Source: Clostridia bacterium (GTDB lineage: Bacteria; Bacillota; Clostridia; Oscillospirales; SIG627). From it: a stretch of 64,000 nt of DNA. Both the position numbers and the translations under genes were made by a program. The stretch is taken from NCBI GenBank assembly GCA_017517325.1, contig JAFWZW010000018.1, forward strand, positions 8,061-72,060, read 5' to 3'. Positions within the stretch are counted from its first letter, which is position 1, and each line of letters opens with the position of its first letter. Shown here one piece after another: positions 30,996 through 39,201 of this stretch. The notes beneath the pieces are model-generated. The model did not search any database. It had not been told where the DNA came from and was given only the letters and a program-made list of their open reading frames with translations.

Positions 30996-32335
30996 TTTTT
31001 CTCCACCTCCTTAAACTTCACGGAAGGATTTAGGGAAGCAAAAACCATTCCCATCAGAATACCGAAGGTCAAAAGCGAGGTGCCGCCCTTGGAAAGGAAC
31101 GGAGCAACGATGCCCGTAAAGGGAAGCACGTCCAGAGAACCGAGAAAGTTTAAAAGCACGTGGGCGCAAAGCACCACGGAAACCTGCGTCGTCACAAAGT
31201 AGCACCAAGGGAAAATGGCGTAATTCTTACGGGGAATCAGAACCAAAATGCAATAAGAAAGCATCACCGAAAGGAGCATCCCGACCCCAAAGACAGAATA
31301 AATGCCCGCTATGACCATATCGTTTTCGATGGCGTAAATATTAATAATATGGGAGGAATTTTCAATACCGAGCCCACCAAGCCCGCCAAAAATACAAGCC
31401 TTGAGCATTTGCGCCTGCTGGCCGTTCTCCTCCATCGCTTTTCCTACGTTTTCAACACGTTCGTGGGCGTAGGGAACGAAGGTAACGGCGGCAAAGAAGA
31501 CCATTACCGTGATCAGAAGCAGGATCACGAAAAGTTTTTCATTATCAAGGAGAAGCACCGTCATTCCCAAAACCAAAGCAAAGATAATGGCTGCTGAGCC
31601 AAGATCGCGCAGGAGGAACAGGGCTGCAAAGGAAATGGCACCCATCACAAAAGTCAAAGTAACGCGCCACTTTTTGCCGTAGGAAAAGGCGCACATGGCA
31701 ATAAGAAACACCTTTAGTAGTTCTCCGGGCTGAAAGGAAAAAGAGCCGATGCGGATCCAAAGGCGGGCCCCGTTGACCGTTGAGCCGAAGATGAGGTTGA
31801 CGAGGATCAGAAGTGCAATGCAGACTGCCAAGGCAATGAACACGCCGTCCTTCACGTCTTTTACGTTGCGCATCACAAAATAGACGGCAATCATCGCCGC
31901 CATTGCCAATCCGAGGAACAAAACGTCGGAAAGAGAGATGGCCACCACAGCACGGAAGGACATACCGATGGCAAGCAAAATCGAGAGTGCCACCACGACC
32001 GCTGAAAATTTAGCGCGGGTCTTCTGCTGATACACAAGGGCAAGGATCAAAAAAAGGAGGATCATTCCCATTGATACCATATACAACACAGCGCGGTTTT
32101 TCAGCATCGAAATGCGACCCGTGTATTCTTCGATCTTCGTTTCAATGCTTTTGCTTTCATCCGCCGAAGCAGAGGAAAGCTTTTCTTCCAGAGCGGCAAC
32201 CCGCTCTTCACAATCCGCAATACGGATCTCGGTAACGGGGGCAAGCTCCTCAATGGTAAATGCAGTCAGACCCATCGCAAAAAGTATTGCAAGGATCATC
32301 AAGATAAAGCCGCGACCTCCGGTTGTTTTAAGCAT
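30992..32335 (-). CDS. SEDS-family peptidoglycan polymerase (FtsW/RodA/SpoVE) with an N-terminal coiled-coil insert
   Basis: SEDS blocks: GARLWIRIGSFSFQPGELLKV, LRDLGSA, FGGLGGLGIENS, ENDMVIAGIYSVFG and PFTGIVAPFLSKGGTS. A ~50-aa charged helix (EERVAALEEKLSS...) sits between TM1 and TM2. Confidence 0.85.
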   Translation of the reverse strand: MLKTTGGRGFILMILAILFAMGLTAFTIEELAPVTEIRIADCEERVAALEEKLSSASADESKSIETKIEEYTGRISMLKNRAVLYMVSMGMILLFLILALVYQQKTRAKFSAVVVALSILLAIGMSFRAVVAISLSDVLFLGLAMAAMIAVYFVMRNVKDVKDGVFIALAVCIALLILVNLIFGSTVNGARLWIRIGSFSFQPGELLKVFLIAMCAFSYGKKWRVTLTFVMGAISFAALFLLRDLGSAAIIFALVLGMTVLLLDNEKLFVILLLITVMVFFAAVTFVPYAHERVENVGKAMEENGQQAQMLKACIFGGLGGLGIENSSHIINIYAIENDMVIAGIYSVFGVGMLLSVMLSYCILVLIPRKNYAIFPWCYFVTTQVSVVLCAHVLLNFLGSLDVLPFTGIVAPFLSKGGTSLLTFGILMGMVFASLNPSVKFKEVEKK

Positions 32336-32870
32336 AATTCACCTCAACGTACTCCAAATGCGTATTTCCAATGAGCAGATGATCCCCCACTTCCAGGCGG
32401 ATATCCTGATCGTACTCCCGATAGGAAGAGGAATAGCCGGGAATGCGGAACAATTCCGGGATTTCTTCCGACTCCAGAGCGCCTCCGTCCTTCAAGACGG
32501 TAATATCCGTTGCATCAGCGTTGCAGACCCATATTTTTTTACAGGTGCGGTGAACGCAAAATTCACCGTAGTCGTTGTAGTAAAAGGTAGCGGCGTAATG
32601 AGAGAGGGTCTTATCCTCCACGGGGCCGGGAATATCCACCCTAAGGGGAGAAATGCGGGGCTTTCTACCGAAGGACAGACGGGCGGAAACCACGGGGTAG
32701 CGATTGATAATTTCACGCCCATCCTCCCCTACCTTACCCGTGTGCACCAGGATCGCGTGATTGCCGAGTTTTTTATGGTAGCGCCTTCTGCGGTTCGTAC
32801 ATTCGATATCCAAAAGATGAAAGGAAAAAGCAACACACAAAAGACCCACGAGAATAATGAGAAAATACAA
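32328..32870 (-). CDS. membrane-anchored FHA-domain protein (FhaB/FipA-like)
   Basis: N-terminal TM helix. FHA-like pattern: SFGRKP...DI...KTLSHYAATFYYNDYGEFCV...LEVGDHLLIGNTHLEY. TTG start 7 nt after AGGAGG. Confidence 0.65.
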   Translation of the reverse strand: MYFLIILVGLLCVAFSFHLLDIECTNRRRRYHKKLGNHAILVHTGKVGEDGREIINRYPVVSARLSFGRKPRISPLRVDIPGPVEDKTLSHYAATFYYNDYGEFCVHRTCKKIWVCNADATDITVLKDGGALESEEIPELFRIPGYSSSYREYDQDIRLEVGDHLLIGNTHLEYVEVNYA

Positions 32871-32882
32871 GGCTTTTCCTCC

Positions 32883-34427
32883 TTATTTTTCAGAGAGTTT
32901 ATCCAGTATACTGAGCAAAAGGAAGCCCAAAGGCACCGTTGCCACGATGATGACGGCAATGAGCAGTGCAAACAAGATCGCGGCAATTTTTCCTGAAAGG
33001 CGGGCGATAAACCCGATCCCCAGCCAATAGGCCACGAGCCCTAAATTTAAAAGCAAAAGCAGGATCTGTACCGCAAAGGTCAACATTAGGAAAAGCCTGA
33101 AGCCCTTCGTCAACTTTACCTTGGGCGTTTTTGTTTTTTCGTTGAAAGAGGCATCAGCCTTATCAGAAGTAGGCGCCGCCGTTTCGGAGAGCGCGGGATC
33201 GGGCGCCTGTTTCGCTTTCTTTTCAAAAACAGGAAGCTTTTTCTTTTTATCCCTTTTTTCCTTCTTTTCTTTTTTGTTCCGAGTATCTTTTTCCTGCTGT
33301 ACTTCTTCACTCTTGCGGGTATGAGTAACCAGAACGTCCTCTTGTTCTTTTTCTTTGGGACTCTCCTCCTTCTTCGGAACTTCCCTCTCTCGGAACAATT
33401 CGGAAAGTTTTTCCATCACGCAAGGGAGATGCGGAAAATCTTCCCGCCGACGGTATACCTTTTCCAAATGCTCCACGGAAAAAATCCTTCGGCGGATACA
33501 ATCTAGCACGATCTCCTCCGGCAGGACGGAAAACAGCTTCGTCGCCGAAAACAGATCGTTATAATTCTCCGTGTTCACCAGATCCCAAAAAAGCGCCGCA
33601 TCATCGTTATTATAGAGCAGGTTCAGAAGTTTCTCTTTCTTTTGGTCGGGGATCAAGGCATAACGCTCCGCCGCTTCAGGAACGGCTACGCCGCCGCTGA
33701 AAGCATCACCCGAAAGGATCATACGATCCACCATCGGTGCACCGTAGAAGTCGTCCTTTCGATTCATGGGTCTTAAAATATCGTCAAGCATCAAAACCAG
33801 CACCGCATCCTTGGTTTCCGCCGCAGAAGACGCGCCTGCGTGGAAGCTGACAAGGCGACGCATTTTGGGAGGCAAGCAGTCGTAAAGCCGACAGAGATGG
33901 TTTAAAATATCCTCCTCACAATTGCAACCCACGTAAGTCTGTACCTTTATTCTCTCATTTTCAGTGCGAAGGGTACTGTAGTAAGCTGCCGAAAAAAGGG
34001 CACTCTGCGCATTGAAGGTTGGCATAAAAGCCCCTTTCAAAGCCACTTTTTTCAACGGGATCTCGTAGCCACGCTCTATGACGATAGAATCTGATTCAGC
34101 AATCAAATCTACCATACGCCCGCGGAAGCCAGCCGCAAAGAAATCGTCTGCCTCGAAGGGATCAAAAAGCCAGTTGACGGTAGCAGCATTTCCCCGTGCA
34201 TCACCGTTTCCGCCATAACCCTTGTAGATCACGGAAAAAAGGAAACGGTCACCAAGAGGAGCGAAACGAAGGCAACGATAGTCCCTCTCCCGATCCAACG
34301 GTTCTTGCACGATTCTGCCGTTGGCATAAAGATTTTCGATCTTGGCGGAATATTCCTTTGGAAAATCGGAAGATCCGTCGTACAGCTGGTATCCGCTGCT
34401 GCCACCGGCATAGATGATATATTTCAT
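32883..34427 (-). CDS. tail-anchored protein of unknown function (514 aa)
   Basis: Globular N-terminal ~330 aa (MKYIIYAGGSSGYQLYDGSSDF...). A ~110-aa Lys/Glu-rich linker follows. Two C-terminal TM helices. AAGGAG RBS. Confidence 0.6.
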   Translation of the reverse strand: MKYIIYAGGSSGYQLYDGSSDFPKEYSAKIENLYANGRIVQEPLDRERDYRCLRFAPLGDRFLFSVIYKGYGGNGDARGNAATVNWLFDPFEADDFFAAGFRGRMVDLIAESDSIVIERGYEIPLKKVALKGAFMPTFNAQSALFSAAYYSTLRTENERIKVQTYVGCNCEEDILNHLCRLYDCLPPKMRRLVSFHAGASSAAETKDAVLVLMLDDILRPMNRKDDFYGAPMVDRMILSGDAFSGGVAVPEAAERYALIPDQKKEKLLNLLYNNDDAALFWDLVNTENYNDLFSATKLFSVLPEEIVLDCIRRRIFSVEHLEKVYRRREDFPHLPCVMEKLSELFREREVPKKEESPKEKEQEDVLVTHTRKSEEVQQEKDTRNKKEKKEKRDKKKKLPVFEKKAKQAPDPALSETAAPTSDKADASFNEKTKTPKVKLTKGFRLFLMLTFAVQILLLLLNLGLVAYWLGIGFIARLSGKIAAILFALLIAVIIVATVPLGFLLLSILDKLSEK

Positions 34428-34436
34428 ATAGACTCC

Positions 34437-35639
34437 TTATCGGGTTGTTTTTAAATTGGGCTCATCAATGGGGAAAATATCAAGCTCGTTGAGGATCCAG
34501 ATCAAAGGATCCATTACGTTGATGGATTCTTTAAAATTCAGCATCTGTCCTTCTTCTTCAGGCTGGGTGGATTTTACGAAAAAGCCTGCGGACTGGGGAT
34601 TTTCCTGATAGATCAAAGGAGCAATGGCAGAGTAACGCCCTGACAAGGCTGTCTGCAATTTGATCCTGCGAAGCAATTTATCTTTGGCATATTGCTCTTT
34701 GGAGGTCTTGCGGAAGGAATCCTTGCTAAACAAGGGAACCTGATACTCCGGCATATTGGACAATTCCTGCTGAGGCGGATTTGCAAAAAGACGGTCTGCC
34801 TGATTCAAAACGTAGGCCACGGGGCGTCCCGTCAGCAAACCGTATTCTTTTGCACGGTTGAAGGCATCCACAAATCGCGGATCATTTACATTGGAAGAAC
34901 CGGGCGCATCCATCACCACAATGGCATCCAACCCACTATAGCCTTCAGTACCGCTCAACAGCGCATACCCGGAAGAATCCTCAAACGCGCTCTCCTTGTC
35001 TTCCTCAAAAATTTCACCGGCAAAATCCAGTACCACCACCGCAGCGATCGGAATCCCCCCCTTACGAGAGGGCTTATTGATGGTGATGATCTTGGTTTTT
35101 CCCTTATCGTTGATCAAAGTGGCGGCAATTCGTGGGGCTGAAGAATCCTCCACCGTTTCGGAGCTGAGGTAATAAGGAAAACGATTGACGGCATTCTGAT
35201 TCTCGGCACAGCCAAGGGCGTGGATCCAGCAGGATTTTCCCACCTGCCGAACACCCGTTACACCGATAACGTAGGTGGGGAGGTCGCCCGTTCCCTTGAG
35301 GATCTCAGTCAGCCCGCTCTCGGCGCAAAAGGGGCAACATCTTTTAAAGGGAACCGTTTCCTTTTTGCCACCGTTAATGGCCAGATCCACCTTAATAGTG
35401 TGCTGAAAATTATCCTGACCGCCGTGCGAGTCCTTTTTGGCAGCACGGTTCAGTGCGGAATATTTGCACTCCACGTTCTTGGAATCGGAGGAATATTCGG
35501 GAACAAAATGCTCCACGTAAAGCCCTCCCAAAGGCTTGCGCTTCAGCTGCACCCAAACGTTATACGTGCTGTGATAATAATACGCATCGGAAGTAACTCT
35601 TCCGCACTTGTGACAAAGTACGATTCCGGCGTTTAGCAT
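34437..35639 (-). CDS. zinc-ribbon plus P-loop GTPase-like protein
   Basis: CxxC pairs (CHKCG; CCPFCAE). Walker A GVTGVRQVGKS (aa 126-136), G3/Walker B VVVLDFAGE, and the NKxD-like LNQAD. The start overlaps the upstream gene by 7 bp. Confidence 0.7.
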   Translation of the reverse strand: MLNAGIVLCHKCGRVTSDAYYYHSTYNVWVQLKRKPLGGLYVEHFVPEYSSDSKNVECKYSALNRAAKKDSHGGQDNFQHTIKVDLAINGGKKETVPFKRCCPFCAESGLTEILKGTGDLPTYVIGVTGVRQVGKSCWIHALGCAENQNAVNRFPYYLSSETVEDSSAPRIAATLINDKGKTKIITINKPSRKGGIPIAAVVVLDFAGEIFEEDKESAFEDSSGYALLSGTEGYSGLDAIVVMDAPGSSNVNDPRFVDAFNRAKEYGLLTGRPVAYVLNQADRLFANPPQQELSNMPEYQVPLFSKDSFRKTSKEQYAKDKLLRRIKLQTALSGRYSAIAPLIYQENPQSAGFFVKSTQPEEEGQMLNFKESINVMDPLIWILNELDIFPIDEPNLKTTR

Positions 35640-36553
35640 AATCTATCATCTCCAATCCATGTAATAACAAAGAGAAGGATCCTCTCTCCCTCTGCCTTGG
35701 AACCACCAAAAATACCCACGGGAACGTTCATTTCAAGAGGAATCTGCTGTTCTGCAAAACGGTTTACAAGTTCCTCAGAGGTAGAGGGAACGTACGCGTA
35801 AGCACCAACGGCATCCTTCGCAAAACAGAGACGCTTGCTCGTCCCGCCTGCCGTAATGATAATTCCCTTCTTTTTTTTCAATTCCTTAAAGGTGTAAAGC
35901 ACATCATCAGGCTCCATGCCATCGTGAGCGGCGATCCACTGAATACGGATGTAGGTTTCATCCTTCTTATTAAAGCAAAATTCGCTTATCTCTTTCAATT
36001 CGCGCAAATTTTCCTTGGCGCGCCGCCTTTGACGAAGTGACAAAAGTTTGGCATAACCCCAAACAGGCACTGCTTTTTTTGCTGTCTTAAGACGACGAAC
36101 TTTTTTCTTTTTCGGGGGCTTTTGAACAGGCTCTTTTTTTCGATCGAGACCAGCAGCCTTTATGGCTCTTCTCTCCATCAGTTTTTCTTCTAAGAGCTCT
36201 AATTTTTTTCGAAGGAAGGTAAGCACAGGTACGATAAGGACCGATACCACCCAAAAAAACGGAACCAATATCACCGCACATTCAAAGAGGCCGGAGATCA
36301 AAGGAAACAAGAACGAGAGCTTGTCAAGAATCAGCCTTACGATGGTCAGATCCCCCACCCAGCAAAGGGCAATATGGATAGTGTTGAACGCGGTCCCTAC
36401 AAAAGGAATATCCGCCACCAGTTCGGGAGATGCGCAAAACAAAATCAAAAACAGAACGATCGAATATTTCCAGAACGATCTTCTAATGGCGCTGAAAAGC
36501 TTCCACAGCGCCGTAAAAAACGAAACGGGTTTTGAAAGTGATTTGATAATCAT
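35633..36553 (-). CDS. 4-TM membrane protein with a basic linker and cytoplasmic C-terminal domain, unknown function
   Basis: Hydrophobic N-terminal ~115 aa, a KKEPVQKPPKKKKVRRLK linker and a ~130-aa C-terminal globular region. Confidence 0.55.
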   Translation of the reverse strand: MIIKSLSKPVSFFTALWKLFSAIRRSFWKYSIVLFLILFCASPELVADIPFVGTAFNTIHIALCWVGDLTIVRLILDKLSFLFPLISGLFECAVILVPFFWVVSVLIVPVLTFLRKKLELLEEKLMERRAIKAAGLDRKKEPVQKPPKKKKVRRLKTAKKAVPVWGYAKLLSLRQRRRAKENLRELKEISEFCFNKKDETYIRIQWIAAHDGMEPDDVLYTFKELKKKKGIIITAGGTSKRLCFAKDAVGAYAYVPSTSEELVNRFAEQQIPLEMNVPVGIFGGSKAEGERILLFVITWIGDDRLC

Positions 36554-36583
36554 ACCATGAACCTCTGTCTATTTATTTTTAGT

Positions 36584-38368
36584 TTAAAAGAATATTTCGA
36601 AATCGGAATCGGCACCGTCACCCGTTTCTTCCGCAGCTTCAGGCATTTCCAAAGCGGAATCCACCTGAGTAGGAACGGTAGCCGCTGCAGAATCGGGGAA
36701 ATAAACCGGAATAAACCAATTTTCAGGCTTTTCATCCGACTTAAAGGTATGAACGTAAACGGTTACAGGGCCTTTACCCACCTTTTGGCAGATCTCAGCG
36801 GTAGAGGGTCTTTCAACAGAATGAGTCCCGTCGGGGCAATCACAAATCACCTCCAACGCGCAAAGCCTGTTCTCCAAGGGAAGATGGGGAGTAAACACGT
36901 GAATGTTATAAGAAAACGCCTTTTCGTAAGCTTCGTGCTCTAAAAGGCCGATCATCTCATACAAGCAACCTTTCAATTGGCTGAGTTCATAGGCTCTTGC
37001 GGGGTGGGAAGGAAAGAAATCTATTTGAGAAAGAACGTTCTCCATAGTGGTAACTTCTGCGTTATCCACCTTCAGGTAGTAGTCGCTTGGGCAAATGGGA
37101 TAAAAACGGCTGGAGGATCCGTAAAGGAACAACCAGGCAAGATTTCCAGAATTTTTCATCACCCTTTCCGCTTCAGCCTTATAGATTTTGCGGCAAATTT
37201 CAAATTCGGTGGTATCAAAAAGGAAAAAGTCAAATTTTTCAACGGCACAGCCGTTTTTCTCTTCTTCCGGCAAGCCCTTTAATATGGATCTCAGTTCTTT
37301 TTCGAAGTTCGCGAGGGTGATGCGGTTGGCAGGGTCGAACATCGTTGCCTTCCGAAACAGAGAACGGATCTCGGGACACTTCGTTTCAACCTCCGACCAG
37401 TTGGCATTGATCTCATGTCCTTGAATCACCTGCTCCAGCCAGTTTGGGGAAAGATGAACAGGGTCATCCTCATACTGCTTATGAATCTCCCGCAAACGAC
37501 CCGCAAGTTCCGAGGCATTGGTAATGCCCACGTCCAGAACGTCAAAAAACATAGAAAGCGGATTCTTCGTTTCCTTATAAGACCAGATACCAAAGATCTC
37601 CACCAGCATCAGCCCCAAAGCAAACACATCGATCTTGGAGGTGCGCGTCATTCCACGTACCACATCCTCAGGGGCTGTGTTGTTACGCGAAAACGCCGTC
37701 TCCACCGTTGCATCCGGATCCTCTTCTTCATCCGAATATTTTAGTTTGATAGATGGAAAATCAATAAGGCGCATTGTTTTTTTGCCCTTTTCATCTTCTT
37801 CCACCATTACGTTTTTGAATTTCAGATCCCGATGGGCGATCACGTTGGTATCGGCAATGGGTCCCTGGGCCATCAATTCCTTCAGACCGTTGATGATCTG
37901 AAGCATACAGTCGATTTTTTCTGCCGCCGTAGAAAAATTAAAATCCGAAATCGATTTATAAAAAGGCTCGATCACCATACAATTAAAATCCTTATACTCC
38001 GGCGTTTCAAACACATCCAGCGCCCCGGAACGGATCTCTTCTTCCATTCTTTTTGCATCGTCGTTTTGAGCCAGCACCTGACGGAGATTTTTCCCTTTGA
38101 AATTGAAAAAATCCCAAAAATGGCGGCTTTGGGGAAGACGCTCTTCCTCAAAGGGAAATTGGATCCTCACCTTTTTCAGGCAATACTTACGGTCAAGTTC
38201 GCAGCCGACGGGTGCCGATTTGTTAGAAAATTGCCCGTTTCCACAAAAAGTACCTGCGTAGATCTGCTTACACCGCTCATCGGGGGTAAGTCTTTTTTCT
38301 ACGGTAAACGTATATTTTTGATTGTTTTGTTGAAAGCAGATGGTTTGCTTTACCTCAATTGTACCCAA
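36584..38368 (-). CDS. Hanks-type serine/threonine protein kinase with an unassigned C-terminal alpha/beta domain
   Basis: Catalytic loop AHRDLKFKNVMV, DFP in place of DFG (LIDFPSIK), APE (TAPEDV) and the subdomain IX-like DVFALGLML. TTG start 7 nt after GGAGG. The C-terminal ~210 aa are not recognisable and end in an acidic tail. Confidence 0.8.
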   Translation of the reverse strand: MGTIEVKQTICFQQNNQKYTFTVEKRLTPDERCKQIYAGTFCGNGQFSNKSAPVGCELDRKYCLKKVRIQFPFEEERLPQSRHFWDFFNFKGKNLRQVLAQNDDAKRMEEEIRSGALDVFETPEYKDFNCMVIEPFYKSISDFNFSTAAEKIDCMLQIINGLKELMAQGPIADTNVIAHRDLKFKNVMVEEDEKGKKTMRLIDFPSIKLKYSDEEEDPDATVETAFSRNNTAPEDVVRGMTRTSKIDVFALGLMLVEIFGIWSYKETKNPLSMFFDVLDVGITNASELAGRLREIHKQYEDDPVHLSPNWLEQVIQGHEINANWSEVETKCPEIRSLFRKATMFDPANRITLANFEKELRSILKGLPEEEKNGCAVEKFDFFLFDTTEFEICRKIYKAEAERVMKNSGNLAWLFLYGSSSRFYPICPSDYYLKVDNAEVTTMENVLSQIDFFPSHPARAYELSQLKGCLYEMIGLLEHEAYEKAFSYNIHVFTPHLPLENRLCALEVICDCPDGTHSVERPSTAEICQKVGKGPVTVYVHTFKSDEKPENWFIPVYFPDSAAATVPTQVDSALEMPEAAEETGDGADSDFEIFF

Positions 38369-38394
38369 TGGAAGTCCTCCTTGCTGATCCTACG

Positions 38395-39195
38395 TTAAAC
38401 GCCTTTTTTAATGCGAACCGCGATCATGGACGTATCGTCCTTGCCACCCGCGTTCACAACGCTCTCGTACACCTTGACGCAGAGCTGCTTCATATCTTCA
38501 CGGTTTGAGAAAACGATTTCATCAAGCACCCCTTCATCCAACGTAGAAAGGGCGCCGTCACTCCCCAAAAGCAAAACGGAATCCTGAAAAAGGGGGTGCC
38601 TTTGTACAAAAACGTCAGCAGGATCCAGAAGAGAACGAGCCCCACCTACCACGCGGTGCAAAACGTTTTTCCGTTTGTAATGCTTTGCTTCCGCCTCGTT
38701 CAGCTTGCCGTTTCTTGCAAGGATCGCACCTTCGCTGTGGCTGGTGTATATATCCTTGATCGAGCCGCACATCAGATCCGTAAGGCGAACAGGGGAATCC
38801 CCCACGTTGGCAACGTACACCGCATCCTCAAACACGATGGCCATACTCACAGAGCAGGCGCAATTTTCGTTAGGATACTCAAACAGCAATTGATCGGCAG
38901 AAAGAATGGCGTTTTGCATCAAAGAAAAAAAATACTTGGTACGCCCTTCTTCGTCGGTAGCGGCAAGAGAATCCGCATCCACCATAAGGGGAGCTACGGC
39001 GCTCCTGATCTTTTTTTGTGCCAGAGCGGAAGAAAGGGCGGGGTTTGCGGTACTGACTCCGTCGATCACGCAGAAAACACCGAACCGGGTCAAGGACGCC
39101 GGAGCCGTATTAAAAAGCAGGTAAAACGTCTTGTCGCCGTTTTCCTCATGGGCAAGTTTACGGGAAAAATGAAAAACGTCTTCAATATAAAGCAT
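38395..39195 (-). CDS. PP2C-family serine/threonine phosphatase
   Basis: VFCVIDGVSTA, YVANVGDSPVRL, LLLGSDGALSTL and GGKDDTSMIAVRI blocks. Confidence 0.8.
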   Translation of the reverse strand: MLYIEDVFHFSRKLAHEENGDKTFYLLFNTAPASLTRFGVFCVIDGVSTANPALSSALAQKKIRSAVAPLMVDADSLAATDEEGRTKYFFSLMQNAILSADQLLFEYPNENCACSVSMAIVFEDAVYVANVGDSPVRLTDLMCGSIKDIYTSHSEGAILARNGKLNEAEAKHYKRKNVLHRVVGGARSLLDPADVFVQRHPLFQDSVLLLGSDGALSTLDEGVLDEIVFSNREDMKQLCVKVYESVVNAGGKDDTSMIAVRIKKGV

Positions 39196-39201
39196 CGCTC
39201 T

